A stretch of DNA of 55,597 nt from an uncultured Rhodanobacteraceae bacterium. Lineage in GTDB: Bacteria > Pseudomonadota > Gammaproteobacteria > Xanthomonadales > Rhodanobacteraceae. The stretch lies in the NCBI GenBank assembly GCA_964471815.1, contig CAYYHP010000001.1, positions 1 through 55,597 of the forward strand, given 5' to 3'. A program made the position numbers and the translations under genes. How positions within the stretch are numbered: position 1 is the first letter of the stretch; every line of letters starts with the position of its first letter. Positions 20,587-30,973 of this stretch are shown here, one piece after another. The notes under the pieces were generated by a model, which was given only the letters and a program-made list of their open reading frames with translations, did not search any database and was not told the origin of the DNA.

Positions 20587-21999
20587 TCAGCGCGTCAGGA
20601 ACTTCGCGAGGAAATCGGCGAGCTTGCCGTAAGGCGGGCGGAACAACGCCATCGACGAGAAGGGCGCCTGATGGAACACCGGCATCTGCTGGGTGAAGGT
20701 CAGGAAACCGTGATGGCCGTGGTAGGCGCCCATGCCGGACGGGCCGACGCCGCCGAACGGCAGTTCGCCCTGCGCGTTGTGCAGCAGGCAATCGTTGACC
20801 GAAACGCCGCCGGCCACGCAACGCGTGAGCACCTCGGTGATGCGTCGGCGGTCGTGGTCGAAGTGATAGAGCGCGAGCGGCCGTGGCCGGGCATTGACGT
20901 AGTCGATCGCCGCCTCGACCGAGGCGACGCCGATGATCGGCAGGATCGGGCCGAAGATTTCCTCTTGCATCACGCGCGCCTCGTCCGGCGCGTCGAGCAC
21001 GAGGGTCGGTGCGAACACGCGCTGCGTCGCATCGTGCGCACCCTCGTCGGGCAGCGTGACGATGGTCGCGCCGCGCTTGCGTGCATCGTCGACGAGTGCC
21101 GTGAGCCGTGCGTACTGACGCGCGTCGACGATGCTCGTGTAGTCCGGGGATTCGCGCAGGGTCGGATAATGGCGTGCGACGTAGCCGCGCAGCGCGGCGA
21201 TCAGCGCGCCACGATCCGCGGCGTCGATCAGCACGTAATCCGGCGCGATGCAGGTCTGCCCGGCATTGAGCAGCTTGCCGAAACCGATGCGCTCGGCCGC
21301 GGTCGCGATCGGAAAGCCCGGCGCGACGATCGCCGGTGACTTGCCGCCGAGTTCGAGCGTGACCGGCGTGAGATTCGCCGCTGCCGCGGCCATGACTTTG
21401 CGCCCGACTGCGGTCGAGCCGGTGAACAACAGATGGTCGAACGGCAGCCCGGCGAATGCCGCGGCGACGTCCGGCCCGCCCTGCACCGTCGCCACGCGCT
21501 CCACGGGAAAGACCCCGGCGAGCAATTCGCCGAGTAGTGCCGCCGTGCGTGGCGTGTGCTCGCTCGGCTTGAGCATCACGTGATTGCCTGCGCCGATGGC
21601 GCTCACCAGCGGGATCAGCGCGAGATTCACCGGGTAGTTCCACGGTGCGATCACGCCGACCACGCCGAGCGGCTGGTGCCGGATCTCGCCGTACGCCGGC
21701 TGGAACACCCAGTCGGCCGGCACGCGGCGCGGACGCATCCAGCGACGCAGATGGCGGCGCACCTGATCGATCTCGTGCAGCACGGTCATGCCGTCGGTGA
21801 GCAGCGATTCGTGGCGCGAACGTCGGCCGAAATCCGCGCCCATCGCCGCGACGATATCGTCGAGCCGGCGCTTGAATGCCGCACGCAGCCGGGCGAGGTC
21901 GTCCATGCGCTGCGCGTAGTCGGGCGGCGCGGCACGCCACGCGGCACGCTGGCGCGCGAGCAGGGCGGCGAGGTCGGTGTCGGGGATCGGTGTGTCCAT
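20587..21999 (-). CDS. Coniferyl-aldehyde dehydrogenase-like aldehyde dehydrogenase
   Basis: PWNYP, FTGSTAVG, LELGGKSP, GQTCIAPDY, EEIFGP. Confidence 0.92.
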   Translation of the reverse strand: MDTPIPDTDLAALLARQRAAWRAAPPDYAQRMDDLARLRAAFKRRLDDIVAAMGADFGRRSRHESLLTDGMTVLHEIDQVRRHLRRWMRPRRVPADWVFQPAYGEIRHQPLGVVGVIAPWNYPVNLALIPLVSAIGAGNHVMLKPSEHTPRTAALLGELLAGVFPVERVATVQGGPDVAAAFAGLPFDHLLFTGSTAVGRKVMAAAAANLTPVTLELGGKSPAIVAPGFPIATAAERIGFGKLLNAGQTCIAPDYVLIDAADRGALIAALRGYVARHYPTLRESPDYTSIVDARQYARLTALVDDARKRGATIVTLPDEGAHDATQRVFAPTLVLDAPDEARVMQEEIFGPILPIIGVASVEAAIDYVNARPRPLALYHFDHDRRRITEVLTRCVAGGVSVNDCLLHNAQGELPFGGVGPSGMGAYHGHHGFLTFTQQMPVFHQAPFSSMALFRPPYGKLADFLAKFLTR

Positions 22000-22094
22000 G
22001 GACCGAGTCTAGCGCCGTGCCCGCGCATCCGCTCGCGCCCGCGCGGCAGGCTGGTGCTAGCATGCCGGCCCTCGTCAGTACCGGGGGTGCCCGC

Positions 22095-22631
22095 ATGAAG
22101 TTCCGTGCCTACCGCGGCGTGCAGCCGCGCGTCGACGACAGTGCCTACATCGATCCGGCCGCGACCCTGATCGGTGACGTGGAGATCGGCCCCGACAGTT
22201 CGATCTGGCCCGGCGCAGTAGTGCGCGGCGACGTGCATTACATCCGCATCGGCACGCGCAGCAACATCCAGGACGGCAGCATCGTGCACGTCACGCACGA
22301 CGGCCCGTACACGCCCGGCGGCCAGCCGACCGTGATCGGAAATGACGTCACCATCGGCCACGCGGCGGTGATTCACGCCTGCACCGTCGAGGACGGCTGC
22401 CTGATCGGCATGCACGCGACCGTGCTCGACGGTGCGGTGGTCAGGAAGCACGGCTTCGTCGGTGCCGGCGCGGTGATCCCGCCCGGCAAGATCGTCGGCG
22501 AGGGCGAGCTCTGGCTCGGCAATCCGGCCCGATTCGTGCGCCGCCTTTCCGACACCGAGATCGAACGCCTGTACTACTCGGCGCGGCATTACGTGAAGCT
22601 CAAGAACGAGTACCTCGGCATCGGCGACTGA
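22095..22631 (+). CDS. Gamma carbonic anhydrase family protein (YrdA-like)
   Basis: VVRGDVHYIRIG, NIQDGSIVH, VTIGHAAVIHAC hexapeptide repeats. Confidence 0.92.
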   Translation: MKFRAYRGVQPRVDDSAYIDPAATLIGDVEIGPDSSIWPGAVVRGDVHYIRIGTRSNIQDGSIVHVTHDGPYTPGGQPTVIGNDVTIGHAAVIHACTVEDGCLIGMHATVLDGAVVRKHGFVGAGAVIPPGKIVGEGELWLGNPARFVRRLSDTEIERLYYSARHYVKLKNEYLGIGD

Positions 22632-22676
22632 GCGACGGATGTCCGAACGATGCCGAGTGGAGACACACGTCATCAC

Positions 22677-23174
22677 ATGTCCGGAGGCACCGACGATCTC
22701 GACCGGATCGCCGCGCTCGTCGAGGACGCCTTCGCAGCCTGCCCACCGCCGGATGACGATGACATCGTCGAGACCGGCTGCTGTGCGGAATGCGATGCGT
22801 TGGGTGCCTGGCTGAGAGGACGGTCCTGGCAGGAGGTGCGCGAAGCGTTGCGTCGGGACGAGGCCGGTCCCGATCCATCGTTCCTGCTCCGCCCGCACGC
22901 TTTCCGTTATTTCCTGCCCGCGTATCTGCTCGCGGCACTCGAGCCCGGCGCGCCCGCGACGGCGGAAAGACGCCTGTTCTCGCCCAGCCACGCCCTGGCA
23001 CCCGAGGGCACCGGGCTGGAGTCGTTCAGGACCAGGTACCTCGGCGTCTTCGCGCCCGCCGAGCGGACCGCGATCAGGGCCTACCTCACGGCGCTGGCGG
23101 CGCGGCGAAGCGAAGACGCCGATCTGCGCCGGCCCTGCATCGAAGAGGCGCTGCGGGTGCTTTGGTCGATGTAG
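22677..23174 (+). CDS. Hypothetical protein (DUF6714-like)
   Basis: Host-like codon use; CCAEC and FRYFLPAYL motifs; family name recalled, not searched. Confidence 0.55.
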   Translation: MSGGTDDLDRIAALVEDAFAACPPPDDDDIVETGCCAECDALGAWLRGRSWQEVREALRRDEAGPDPSFLLRPHAFRYFLPAYLLAALEPGAPATAERRLFSPSHALAPEGTGLESFRTRYLGVFAPAERTAIRAYLTALAARRSEDADLRRPCIEEALRVLWSM

Positions 23175-23195
23175 CCGGTTGCATGGACTGGCACA

Positions 23196-23507
23196 TCATT
23201 GTGCCAACGTGGCTCCAACCGGTGCCGTAGCGATTTCGAGTTCGGCGAGATTAGCCAGCGCCTCGCCCGCACTCTCCCCACACATATCGGGCAGCGGTCG
23301 CAGCCGCGCGCAGACCGCGGGTCGCTCGGGCATGCCGAAGATCGCGCAGCGGTCATCGAAGGTGAGCTGCACGCAGCGCACGCCGGCCGGTTTGCCGTAC
23401 GGCATACCGGGAATCGGGGTCGAGATTGACAGCGCGATGCAGCAGGCGCCGCAGGCGCGCCGGCAGGCATAACGGTCGGCGGCGAGATCGTAGGTGAGCG
23501 GACTCAT
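23196..23507 (-). CDS. YkgJ-family Cys-cluster (Zn/Fe-chelating) protein
   Basis: CRRACGACC...GKPAGVRC...CAIFG..RPAVC; overlaps the aroE stop. Confidence 0.88.
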   Translation of the reverse strand: MSPLTYDLAADRYACRRACGACCIALSISTPIPGMPYGKPAGVRCVQLTFDDRCAIFGMPERPAVCARLRPLPDMCGESAGEALANLAELEIATAPVGATLAQ

Positions 23508-24349
23508 GCGCCATGCACGCGGGCGGCGAGTGTCGCGTAGACCGGATCGGTATCCGGACGCACGCCATGCCAAAGTTCGAACGAGACCGCGGCCTGCTCG
23601 ACGAGCATGCCGAGCCCGTCGAGCGCGAGCGCGGCACCCGCGCTGCGGGCCCAGGCGAGGAAATACGTCGCGGCCGTGCCGTAGGACAGGTCGTAACAGA
23701 GCGCCCGCGGCGCGACGATCGTGAAGGGCAGATCGAGGGTCTGGTTTTTGACGCCGGCCGAAGTGCCGTTGACGATCAGGTCGAAACTGCCGAGATCGGC
23801 GAGGTCTTCCCAGTAGCGTACGTGCACGCGGCCCGGTTCGCCGATGCGGTCGGCCAGCGCGTCGGCCTTCTCAGGGGTGCGATTGACCACGGTCAGCGTG
23901 TCGATGCCTGCATCGAGCAGCGCCCAGGCCGCGGCCTGGGCCGCACCACCGGCGCCGAGCAGCAGTACGTCACGGCCGCGCAGGTCCAGGCGCTGACGTC
24001 CGGTGAGATCGATGACGAGTCCGGCACCGTCGGTGTTGTCGCCGCGCCAGCCGCCATCGGCCAGCGCGACCAGCGTGTTCACCGCACCGCAGCGGTCGGC
24101 AGTCTCGCTGCGCTCGCGGCAGAGATCGCGGGCGAGGTTCTTCAGCGGCAGGGTCACGTTCGCACCGCCGCCGCCGTCCGCGCGGAATGCCGCGAGCTGG
24201 GCGGCGAAGGTCTCCGGCGGCGCGTCGATCGCGTCGTAGCGCAACGAGCGACCGGACTGCGCGGCGAAGGCGCGATGGATTTCCGGCGACAGCGAATGTG
24301 CGACCGGATGACCGAACACGGCATAGCGGTGCGAGGTGGTATCGCGCAT
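23504..24349 (-). CDS. aroE: Shikimate dehydrogenase
   Basis: [38 protein letters not shown]. Confidence 0.96.
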   Translation of the reverse strand: MRDTTSHRYAVFGHPVAHSLSPEIHRAFAAQSGRSLRYDAIDAPPETFAAQLAAFRADGGGGANVTLPLKNLARDLCRERSETADRCGAVNTLVALADGGWRGDNTDGAGLVIDLTGRQRLDLRGRDVLLLGAGGAAQAAAWALLDAGIDTLTVVNRTPEKADALADRIGEPGRVHVRYWEDLADLGSFDLIVNGTSAGVKNQTLDLPFTIVAPRALCYDLSYGTAATYFLAWARSAGAALALDGLGMLVEQAAVSFELWHGVRPDTDPVYATLAARVHGA

Positions 24350-24438
24350 GCAGGGCTCCTCGAGGATGCGGGCCGCGCCGATTCTAGCCCGGTGCACAGC
24401 GCGGCTCCTTGCAATCCCGGTGCCGCGGGCCGCTGCGC

Positions 24439-25464
<1,026 letters not shown>

Positions 25465-25643
25465 CTAGCAGCTCCGACCGTTGGCCGAGCCGTGCCGGGT
25501 ACTGCGCTGGTTTGCCGCATCCGCCGGTCGTCATTGCTTCCCTGCCGATGACTTAGCGGCTTGCAAAGCCGCGGCGGGACTGCTCGAATTGCGGCCTCCG
25601 CTTAGGGGAGCGGAAGACAAGAAAACCTAAGAAAGCTGAGAAA

Positions 25644-28235
25644 ATGCCCGCCAGTCAGTGGGCAGGGGGCTTTGCCGTGTCGGGCATCCTGATCGTCGAG
25701 CGGTCCACCACGCTCACCCACCTGCTGCGGCGAACCCTGGCCGCCGCCTCACTCGACGTGCGCAGCGAGCTCGCCGGCCACGCGGACACGGTCGAGCATC
25801 TGCGTCGCTCCACTGCGCTCAGCCAGCCATACGGACTGCTCATCATCGGCGCGCCGGCACGGCCGACGGCCGAGTTCGTCGCCCTGCTCGAGTTCCTCAA
25901 TTCGAGCGAAGCTCGTGGTCTGTCCGTGCTGCTGATGGCGCACGAGGTGCAGCCGGAACTCGAGCGTTTCGTTGCGCGACGCGATGCGACCGCGATGATC
26001 CTGTGGGCGCAATTCAGCCGCATTCCGGGCGCGGTGCGCGTGCTGGCCGGTAGCACCGAGAAGCTCACCGCACCAACCGAGCCGGCCAGTCCGCCGACTG
26101 GCATCCGTATCCTGTTCGTCGACGATTCGCCGAGCGTGCGACTCGCCTATCGCCAGCTCCTGGAGCGCCACGGCTATGCGGTCGTCACGGCGGCCACGCT
26201 CGCCGAGGCCGAGGATCTCGAAGCGCGCGAGCCGTTCGATCTGGCCGTGGTCGATTACTTCCTGCCCGACGGCAACGGCGACGAGCTATGCCGGCGGATC
26301 GCGAAGAAGCCCGGCGCACCGGCGCTTGCGGTGATCACCGGCACGTATCGCGAAGACATCATCGTGCGCTGCCTCGAAGCCGGCGCGATCGAGTGCATGT
26401 TCAAGAACGAGGCGAAGGAACTGTTCCTCGCTCGGATCCGCACGCTGGCGCGGCAGGTCCAGATGCAGAAATCGGTCGAGGCCGAGCGCCAGCGCCTCGA
26501 TGGCATCCTCGGCTCGGTGGGCGACGGCGTGTATGGCGTCGATCCGGGCGGCACGATCACCTTCGTCAATCCGACCGCGCTGCGCCTGCTCGGCCAGGCC
26601 GAGGAAGATCAGCTGATCGGCAAGTTCGCGCAGGCGGTCATCCATTACGCGCCGAGCGAAGGCAATCCACTCGGCGGGAGCGCCACGGCGCTGGTCGAGG
26701 CGTATGCGCAGGGCAGTGCGCTCAAGAGCCACGAGACCGTGTTCCGCCACCAGGACGGGCACGGCATCGCCGTGGAATGCTCGGTGCTGCCGCTCGCCAT
26801 CCAGAACCGGCGCGAGGGCTCGGTGGTCGTGTTCCGCGACATCTCCGAGCGCAAGAGCGCCGAGAGCCTGCGCTGGGAACTCACCCACGACAAGCTCACC
26901 GGGCTCGCCAACGCGCGCCACTTCACGCACATCGTCGCCCAGGAACTGCTCCGCCGCCGCGACCTCGGCGGCTATTCGGCGCTGCTCTACATCGATCTCG
27001 ACCGCTTTAACTACATCGTCGACACGATCGGCCAGCAGGCCGGCGACCGGCTGCTCGTCGAGATCGCCGGCGTGCTCGGCCGGCGCCTGCGCGACGGCGA
27101 TCTGCTCGCGCGCATCGAGGGTGACCGGCTCGCCCTGCTGCTCGCCAGTGTGCAGCTCGAGAACCTGTTCCCGATCGCCGACAGCTTCCGCGAACTGCTG
27201 CATCAATGCTCCTACGAGATCGGCGGTGTGCGGCGCGGCGTGACCGCCTCGATCGGTGTGGCCGTGGTCAGCCGCGACACGCCATCGGCCGAGTATGCGG
27301 TCGAGCACGCGCGTCTGGCCTGCCGCAGCGCCAAGCAGCGCGGTCGCGACCAGACCGAGATCTACGTCGGCGAGCACGACGCGCGTGTCGCGCGCGAAAT
27401 CGAGGCCGGCTGGACCGAGCGCCTGCGCCAGGCGATGGAGCAGGAACGCATCGTGCTGCTGGTGCAGCCGATCGTGCCGATCGCCGCGCTGCCAGCCGAC
27501 GAGAACGCCGTCGTGCAGCGCCAGGGCTGGCGCGTCAACGGCTCGGCCGGCAACACCCAGGAGTTCCTGTTCGAAATCCTCATACGCATGGTCGGCAAGG
27601 ACGGCCAGCTCATCTCGCCCGGCGTGTTCGTACCGCTCGCCGAGCGCGTCGGCATGATGCCGAAGCTCGACCTGTGGGTGTTCGGCCGTCTGCTGCGCCA
27701 TCTCGCGGCGATGCGCGAGGTGCAGGCGCCGATCGCCTTCCACGTGAACCTGTCGAACCTGACTCTCGGCGATCCCGAGTCGCTCAAGCTCATCGAGACG
27801 GCGATCCGCAGCAGTGGCGTGCAGGCGCGTCAGCTGGTGCTCGAGATTACCGAGACCACCGAGCTGACCAGCCTGCATGCGGCACGCAAGTTCATCTCGG
27901 CGCTGAAGAAGCTCGGCTGCCGCTTCGCCCTCGACGATTTCGGCACGGGTTTCTCGAGCTTCACCCACCTGCGCCACCTGCCGGTGGATTTCGTCAAGGT
28001 CGAGGGCAGCTTCGTGCAGGGCATGCCCGGCAGCGAGCTCGATCGCAAGATGGTCGGCTCGATCACCCAGCTCGCACATTCGCTCAAGCTCAAGGTGATC
28101 GGCGAGCACGTGGACAGCTTCGGCACGCTCGGTGCGCTGCGCGCGACCGGCGCCGACTACGCGCAGGGTAATTATCTCGGCGAGCCACGGCTATTGCGCA
28201 GCGTCGATTTCGCGGCGCTCTTTCCACAGCCCTGA
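25644..28235 (+). CDS. REC-like/REC-PAS-GGDEF(degenerate)-EAL c-di-GMP signalling protein
   Basis: FVDDS...VVDYFLPD receiver; PAS; HDKLTGLAN; EGDRL replaces GGDEF; EILIR and LDDFGTG EAL motifs; start may be GTG 25677. Confidence 0.92.
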   Translation: MPASQWAGGFAVSGILIVERSTTLTHLLRRTLAAASLDVRSELAGHADTVEHLRRSTALSQPYGLLIIGAPARPTAEFVALLEFLNSSEARGLSVLLMAHEVQPELERFVARRDATAMILWAQFSRIPGAVRVLAGSTEKLTAPTEPASPPTGIRILFVDDSPSVRLAYRQLLERHGYAVVTAATLAEAEDLEAREPFDLAVVDYFLPDGNGDELCRRIAKKPGAPALAVITGTYREDIIVRCLEAGAIECMFKNEAKELFLARIRTLARQVQMQKSVEAERQRLDGILGSVGDGVYGVDPGGTITFVNPTALRLLGQAEEDQLIGKFAQAVIHYAPSEGNPLGGSATALVEAYAQGSALKSHETVFRHQDGHGIAVECSVLPLAIQNRREGSVVVFRDISERKSAESLRWELTHDKLTGLANARHFTHIVAQELLRRRDLGGYSALLYIDLDRFNYIVDTIGQQAGDRLLVEIAGVLGRRLRDGDLLARIEGDRLALLLASVQLENLFPIADSFRELLHQCSYEIGGVRRGVTASIGVAVVSRDTPSAEYAVEHARLACRSAKQRGRDQTEIYVGEHDARVAREIEAGWTERLRQAMEQERIVLLVQPIVPIAALPADENAVVQRQGWRVNGSAGNTQEFLFEILIRMVGKDGQLISPGVFVPLAERVGMMPKLDLWVFGRLLRHLAAMREVQAPIAFHVNLSNLTLGDPESLKLIETAIRSSGVQARQLVLEITETTELTSLHAARKFISALKKLGCRFALDDFGTGFSSFTHLRHLPVDFVKVEGSFVQGMPGSELDRKMVGSITQLAHSLKLKVIGEHVDSFGTLGALRATGADYAQGNYLGEPRLLRSVDFAALFPQP

Positions 28236-28336
28236 GCGTCGCTGCGCGCGGAGTCTACCCTCGCTGGGGGCGTGGGAAGGGCGCGTGTGGATGACCGGGC
28301 GTCAAAGGTGGTTCTTCAACGCCCGGCCATGTCGCG

Positions 28337-28591
28337 TTATGGCGCCACGCAGACGTAACCGAAATAGGTGATGTAGTAGCACGCTGACCGCCACGGTTGT
28401 GGCTCCGGCTCGTATGGCTGCGGGGCGGAATACGCGTTGCCGGTGTGCGACTGAGTAGGCACGGTCTTCGTGGACAAGGGCGACCGCAGTGATGCGGCCT
28501 GCACCCCGCGATCGGCGGAAGAGGTTGAATTAACTGTACTGGCCGAAGCGGCGCCAGCCGTCAATAGCAAGAAGAACAATGCTTTGGTCAT
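28337..28591 (-). CDS. Small secreted peptide A (84 aa; EPEPQPWR motif, C-terminal Cys pair)
   Basis: Signal-peptide-like MTKALFFLLLTAGAASA; GAGAG RBS; paralog at 29492-29752. Confidence 0.8.
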   Translation of the reverse strand: MTKALFFLLLTAGAASASTVNSTSSADRGVQAASLRSPLSTKTVPTQSHTGNAYSAPQPYEPEPQPWRSACYYITYFGYVCVAP

Positions 28592-28801
28592 AGCAACTCT
28601 CTCACTTCACGGACGCGCGGCAATCCCCTCCCACCGCGCTTCGGCACATCGACTCCTGATTGCCGGTGTCCGCAGAATTGACGAACGGAAACCTTTCCTA
28701 AGTTCCGCGACCGACAGCGAACGGATAGACGCTGCCGTATTCAGTGGAACGAAGGAGCTGACCGAAAACGAACACGGGATGGCCGATGATGATGCGTGCG
28801 A

Positions 28802-28896
28802 TAGCGTATGTATTTGCCGGCTGCCGGCTTTGAATATGACGCCCTGACAGTAGGCCGCTTGGGAGAGGCCAGGAACGCTATTGCGCGGGCAACTTC
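28802..28896 (-). pseudogene. Remnant 3' end of an SDR gene
   Basis: With one 1-nt gap it reads EVARAIAFLASPQAAYCQGVIFKAGSRQIHTL, versus EIARAVAFLASPQAAYCQGTILDVDGGQTRTL at the end of the SDR at 30088. Confidence 0.85.
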
Positions 28897-29322
28897 GTAC
28901 CGCTCGCCGAACGCGTCGGCATGATGCCGAAGCTCGACCTGTGGGTGCTCGGGCGTCTGCTGCGCCATCTCACGGCGATGCGCGAGGTGCAGGCGCCGAT
29001 CGCCTTCCATGTGAGCCTGTCGAACCTGACTCTCGGCGATCCCGAGTCGCTCAAGCTCATCGAGACGGCGATCCGCAGCAGTGGCGTGCAGGCGCGTCAG
29101 CTGGTGCTCGAGATTACCGAGACCACCGAGCTGACCAGCCTGCATGCGGCACGCAAGTTCATTTCGGCGCTGAAGAAGCTCGGCTGCCGCTTCGCCCTCG
29201 ACGATTTCGGCACGCTCGGTGCGCTGCGCGCGACCGGCGCCGACTACGCGCAGGGCAATTATCTCGGCGAGCCACGGCCATTGCGCAGCGTCGATTTCGG
29301 GGCTCTGCTCCCGACGCGCTGA
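28894..29322 (+). pseudogene. Duplicated, internally deleted 3' fragment of the EAL domain
   Basis: Near-identical to 27627-28235 except for a 180-bp in-frame deletion between two TTCGGCACG 9-mers (27939 and 28119) and a different last 7 codons. Confidence 0.93.
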
Positions 29323-29491
29323 TACGGGGCGATCACGGAGGCGGTCGTGTTGCGACGGGCAAAGAGGTATCGCGAGCAGGCGTTCCTAAAAGCCGGGCGC
29401 CGAGCCCGCCTTGCCGACCGCTCCGGTTCGATGATCCGGTGCGGCCGGAGTGAGGGCCGGGTGCCGGGCGGACCCGACGTCCGGCGGCATT

Positions 29492-29752
29492 TCAGGGGGC
29501 GTAGCAGATCAGTAGGTACGCGCAGGCCAGCCGCCACGGATTCGGTTCCGGGTCGGACAGGCGCCAGGGGTTCGGCTGCGGATCGGACAGCATCTTGGAC
29601 GAACGCCACGGGTTCGGATCCGGGTCGGTGACCGATGTCGAGCGTGAAGCGGCCACGGACACATCGCGGTCGGTCGGAACGGACTTGCCCGAGGTCGCCG
29701 CAGACGCGGCCCCGGCGGTGAGCATCAGTAACAGGAACAGGGACTTGCGCAT
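29492..29752 (-). CDS. Small secreted peptide B (86 aa; three DPxPNPWR repeats, C-terminal Cys pair)
   Basis: MRKSLFLLLMLTAGAASA signal; GGGGA RBS; paralog of 28337-28591. Confidence 0.82.
   Translation of the reverse strand: MRKSLFLLLMLTAGAASAATSGKSVPTDRDVSVAASRSTSVTDPDPNPWRSSKMLSDPQPNPWRLSDPEPNPWRLACAYLLICYAP
29532..29628 (-). repeat. Three imperfect coding repeats (DPDPNPWR, DPQPNPWR, DPEPNPWR)
   Basis: Units start at 29532, 29562 and 29604 (plus strand CGCCAsGGrTTCGGnTsCGGrTCGG). Confidence 0.85.
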
Positions 29753-30087
29753 GGATATCCCCAGAAGGAACGGGCCCACGGCAATCCGGTTGGCGCCGCG
29801 TGCCAGGCATCGCTCCGCAATGCCGGACGCCCGAAACTCGGAAAAGGAAACCGTCCCTGACTTCCCGCGTTTGCATCGAACTCAGGGCGGGTAATGCCAG
29901 CCGTAGCCGATACCGAACATCTGCCGGCACTCGAAGCTTTCCGCTCAGAGTGGGGAAATCGCCTTGGCATGGGAGGTGCCGCTGCACGGAGCGCCTGAGC
30001 GCGGGATGCGGTAGACGCAGCAAGGTTCCGCGCCGTGCCCTTTCTCCGGCAAAGGGCAACGGGATCTCCAGTTGCGCGAACGGCCCA

Positions 30088-30861
30088 TCAGAGCGTTCGG
30101 GTCTGTCCGCCGTCTACGTCAAGGATCGTACCTTGGCAATAAGCGGCCTGCGGCGAGGCAAGAAAGGCTACGGCGCGGGCGATCTCGGCCGGGTCGGCGA
30201 AACGGTTAACGCGCAATGCTCGGGCGAGCTGCTTTGCCGCTGTTGCTGGATCGACGTCCTGCTCAACGCTGGTCCGGGTGATTCTCGCCTGCAGGCGGTC
30301 GGTCAGCGTGCTGCCCGGATTGACGGCGTTCACGCGCACGCCGTCGCGCATGCCGCGATCGGCGAGCGCCTTGGTGAGGTTCAGCAGCGCCGCGTTGACC
30401 GCGCCGCCGATCGTGAACTCCGCGTTGCCCGTGCGTCCGCCAATCCCGGCGATGTTGATGATCGTGCCGCCCTGCGCGGCGAGATGCGGCCAGGCCATAC
30501 GGCAGCAGCGCATCGCCGCGAAGAACTTCAGCGCAAAGCCCTCGGCCCAGTCGTCGTCGCTGAAGCCGAGGAAGTCGCCGCGAGGGGTCGCACCGGCATT
30601 GTTGACCAGCACGTCGAGCCGTCCGAAGCGCTCGATCGTGGCTGCAACCAGCGCGGCAGGCGTGGCCCTGTCGCGGAGGTCGGCCGGGAAGGCCAGGCAT
30701 TCCGTGGGCAGGGCCGCGGCCAGCGCGGCGAGTCGCTTGCCCGAGCGTGCGGCGAGCACTACGTGCATACCCTCGCCAGCGAGAGTTTCGGCAATGGCCT
30801 GGCCGATGCCACGGCTCGCGCCCGTGATGATCGCCACTTTGCCGGAGAGCAGGAGATCCAT
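30088..30861 (-). CDS. Short-chain dehydrogenase/reductase (atypical active site)
   Basis: TGASRGIG, LVNNAG, NPG; canonical YxxxK appears as GGAVN. Confidence 0.92.
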   Translation of the reverse strand: MDLLLSGKVAIITGASRGIGQAIAETLAGEGMHVVLAARSGKRLAALAAALPTECLAFPADLRDRATPAALVAATIERFGRLDVLVNNAGATPRGDFLGFSDDDWAEGFALKFFAAMRCCRMAWPHLAAQGGTIINIAGIGGRTGNAEFTIGGAVNAALLNLTKALADRGMRDGVRVNAVNPGSTLTDRLQARITRTSVEQDVDPATAAKQLARALRVNRFADPAEIARAVAFLASPQAAYCQGTILDVDGGQTRTL

Positions 30862-30973
30862 GTCGCGCCTCGCCACGCATGAGCCTGTCAGCAAATATAG
30901 CCGTCATCAGTCCGACACACCTGACAGGCTCATGGCCTCCGGCGTTGCCACAGGTGCGTGCCATCATGTGCCC

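Noticed and set aside
28894-29322. EAL duplicate as the template repeat of a diversity-generating retroelement
   Set aside because: Differences are not adenine-specific (G>A, T>C, C>G, C>T, A>G all occur) and no reverse transcriptase is present
29532-29628. Short direct repeats as a mini CRISPR array
   Set aside because: In-frame coding repeats with codon-position variation, spacers of only a few nt, no cas genes
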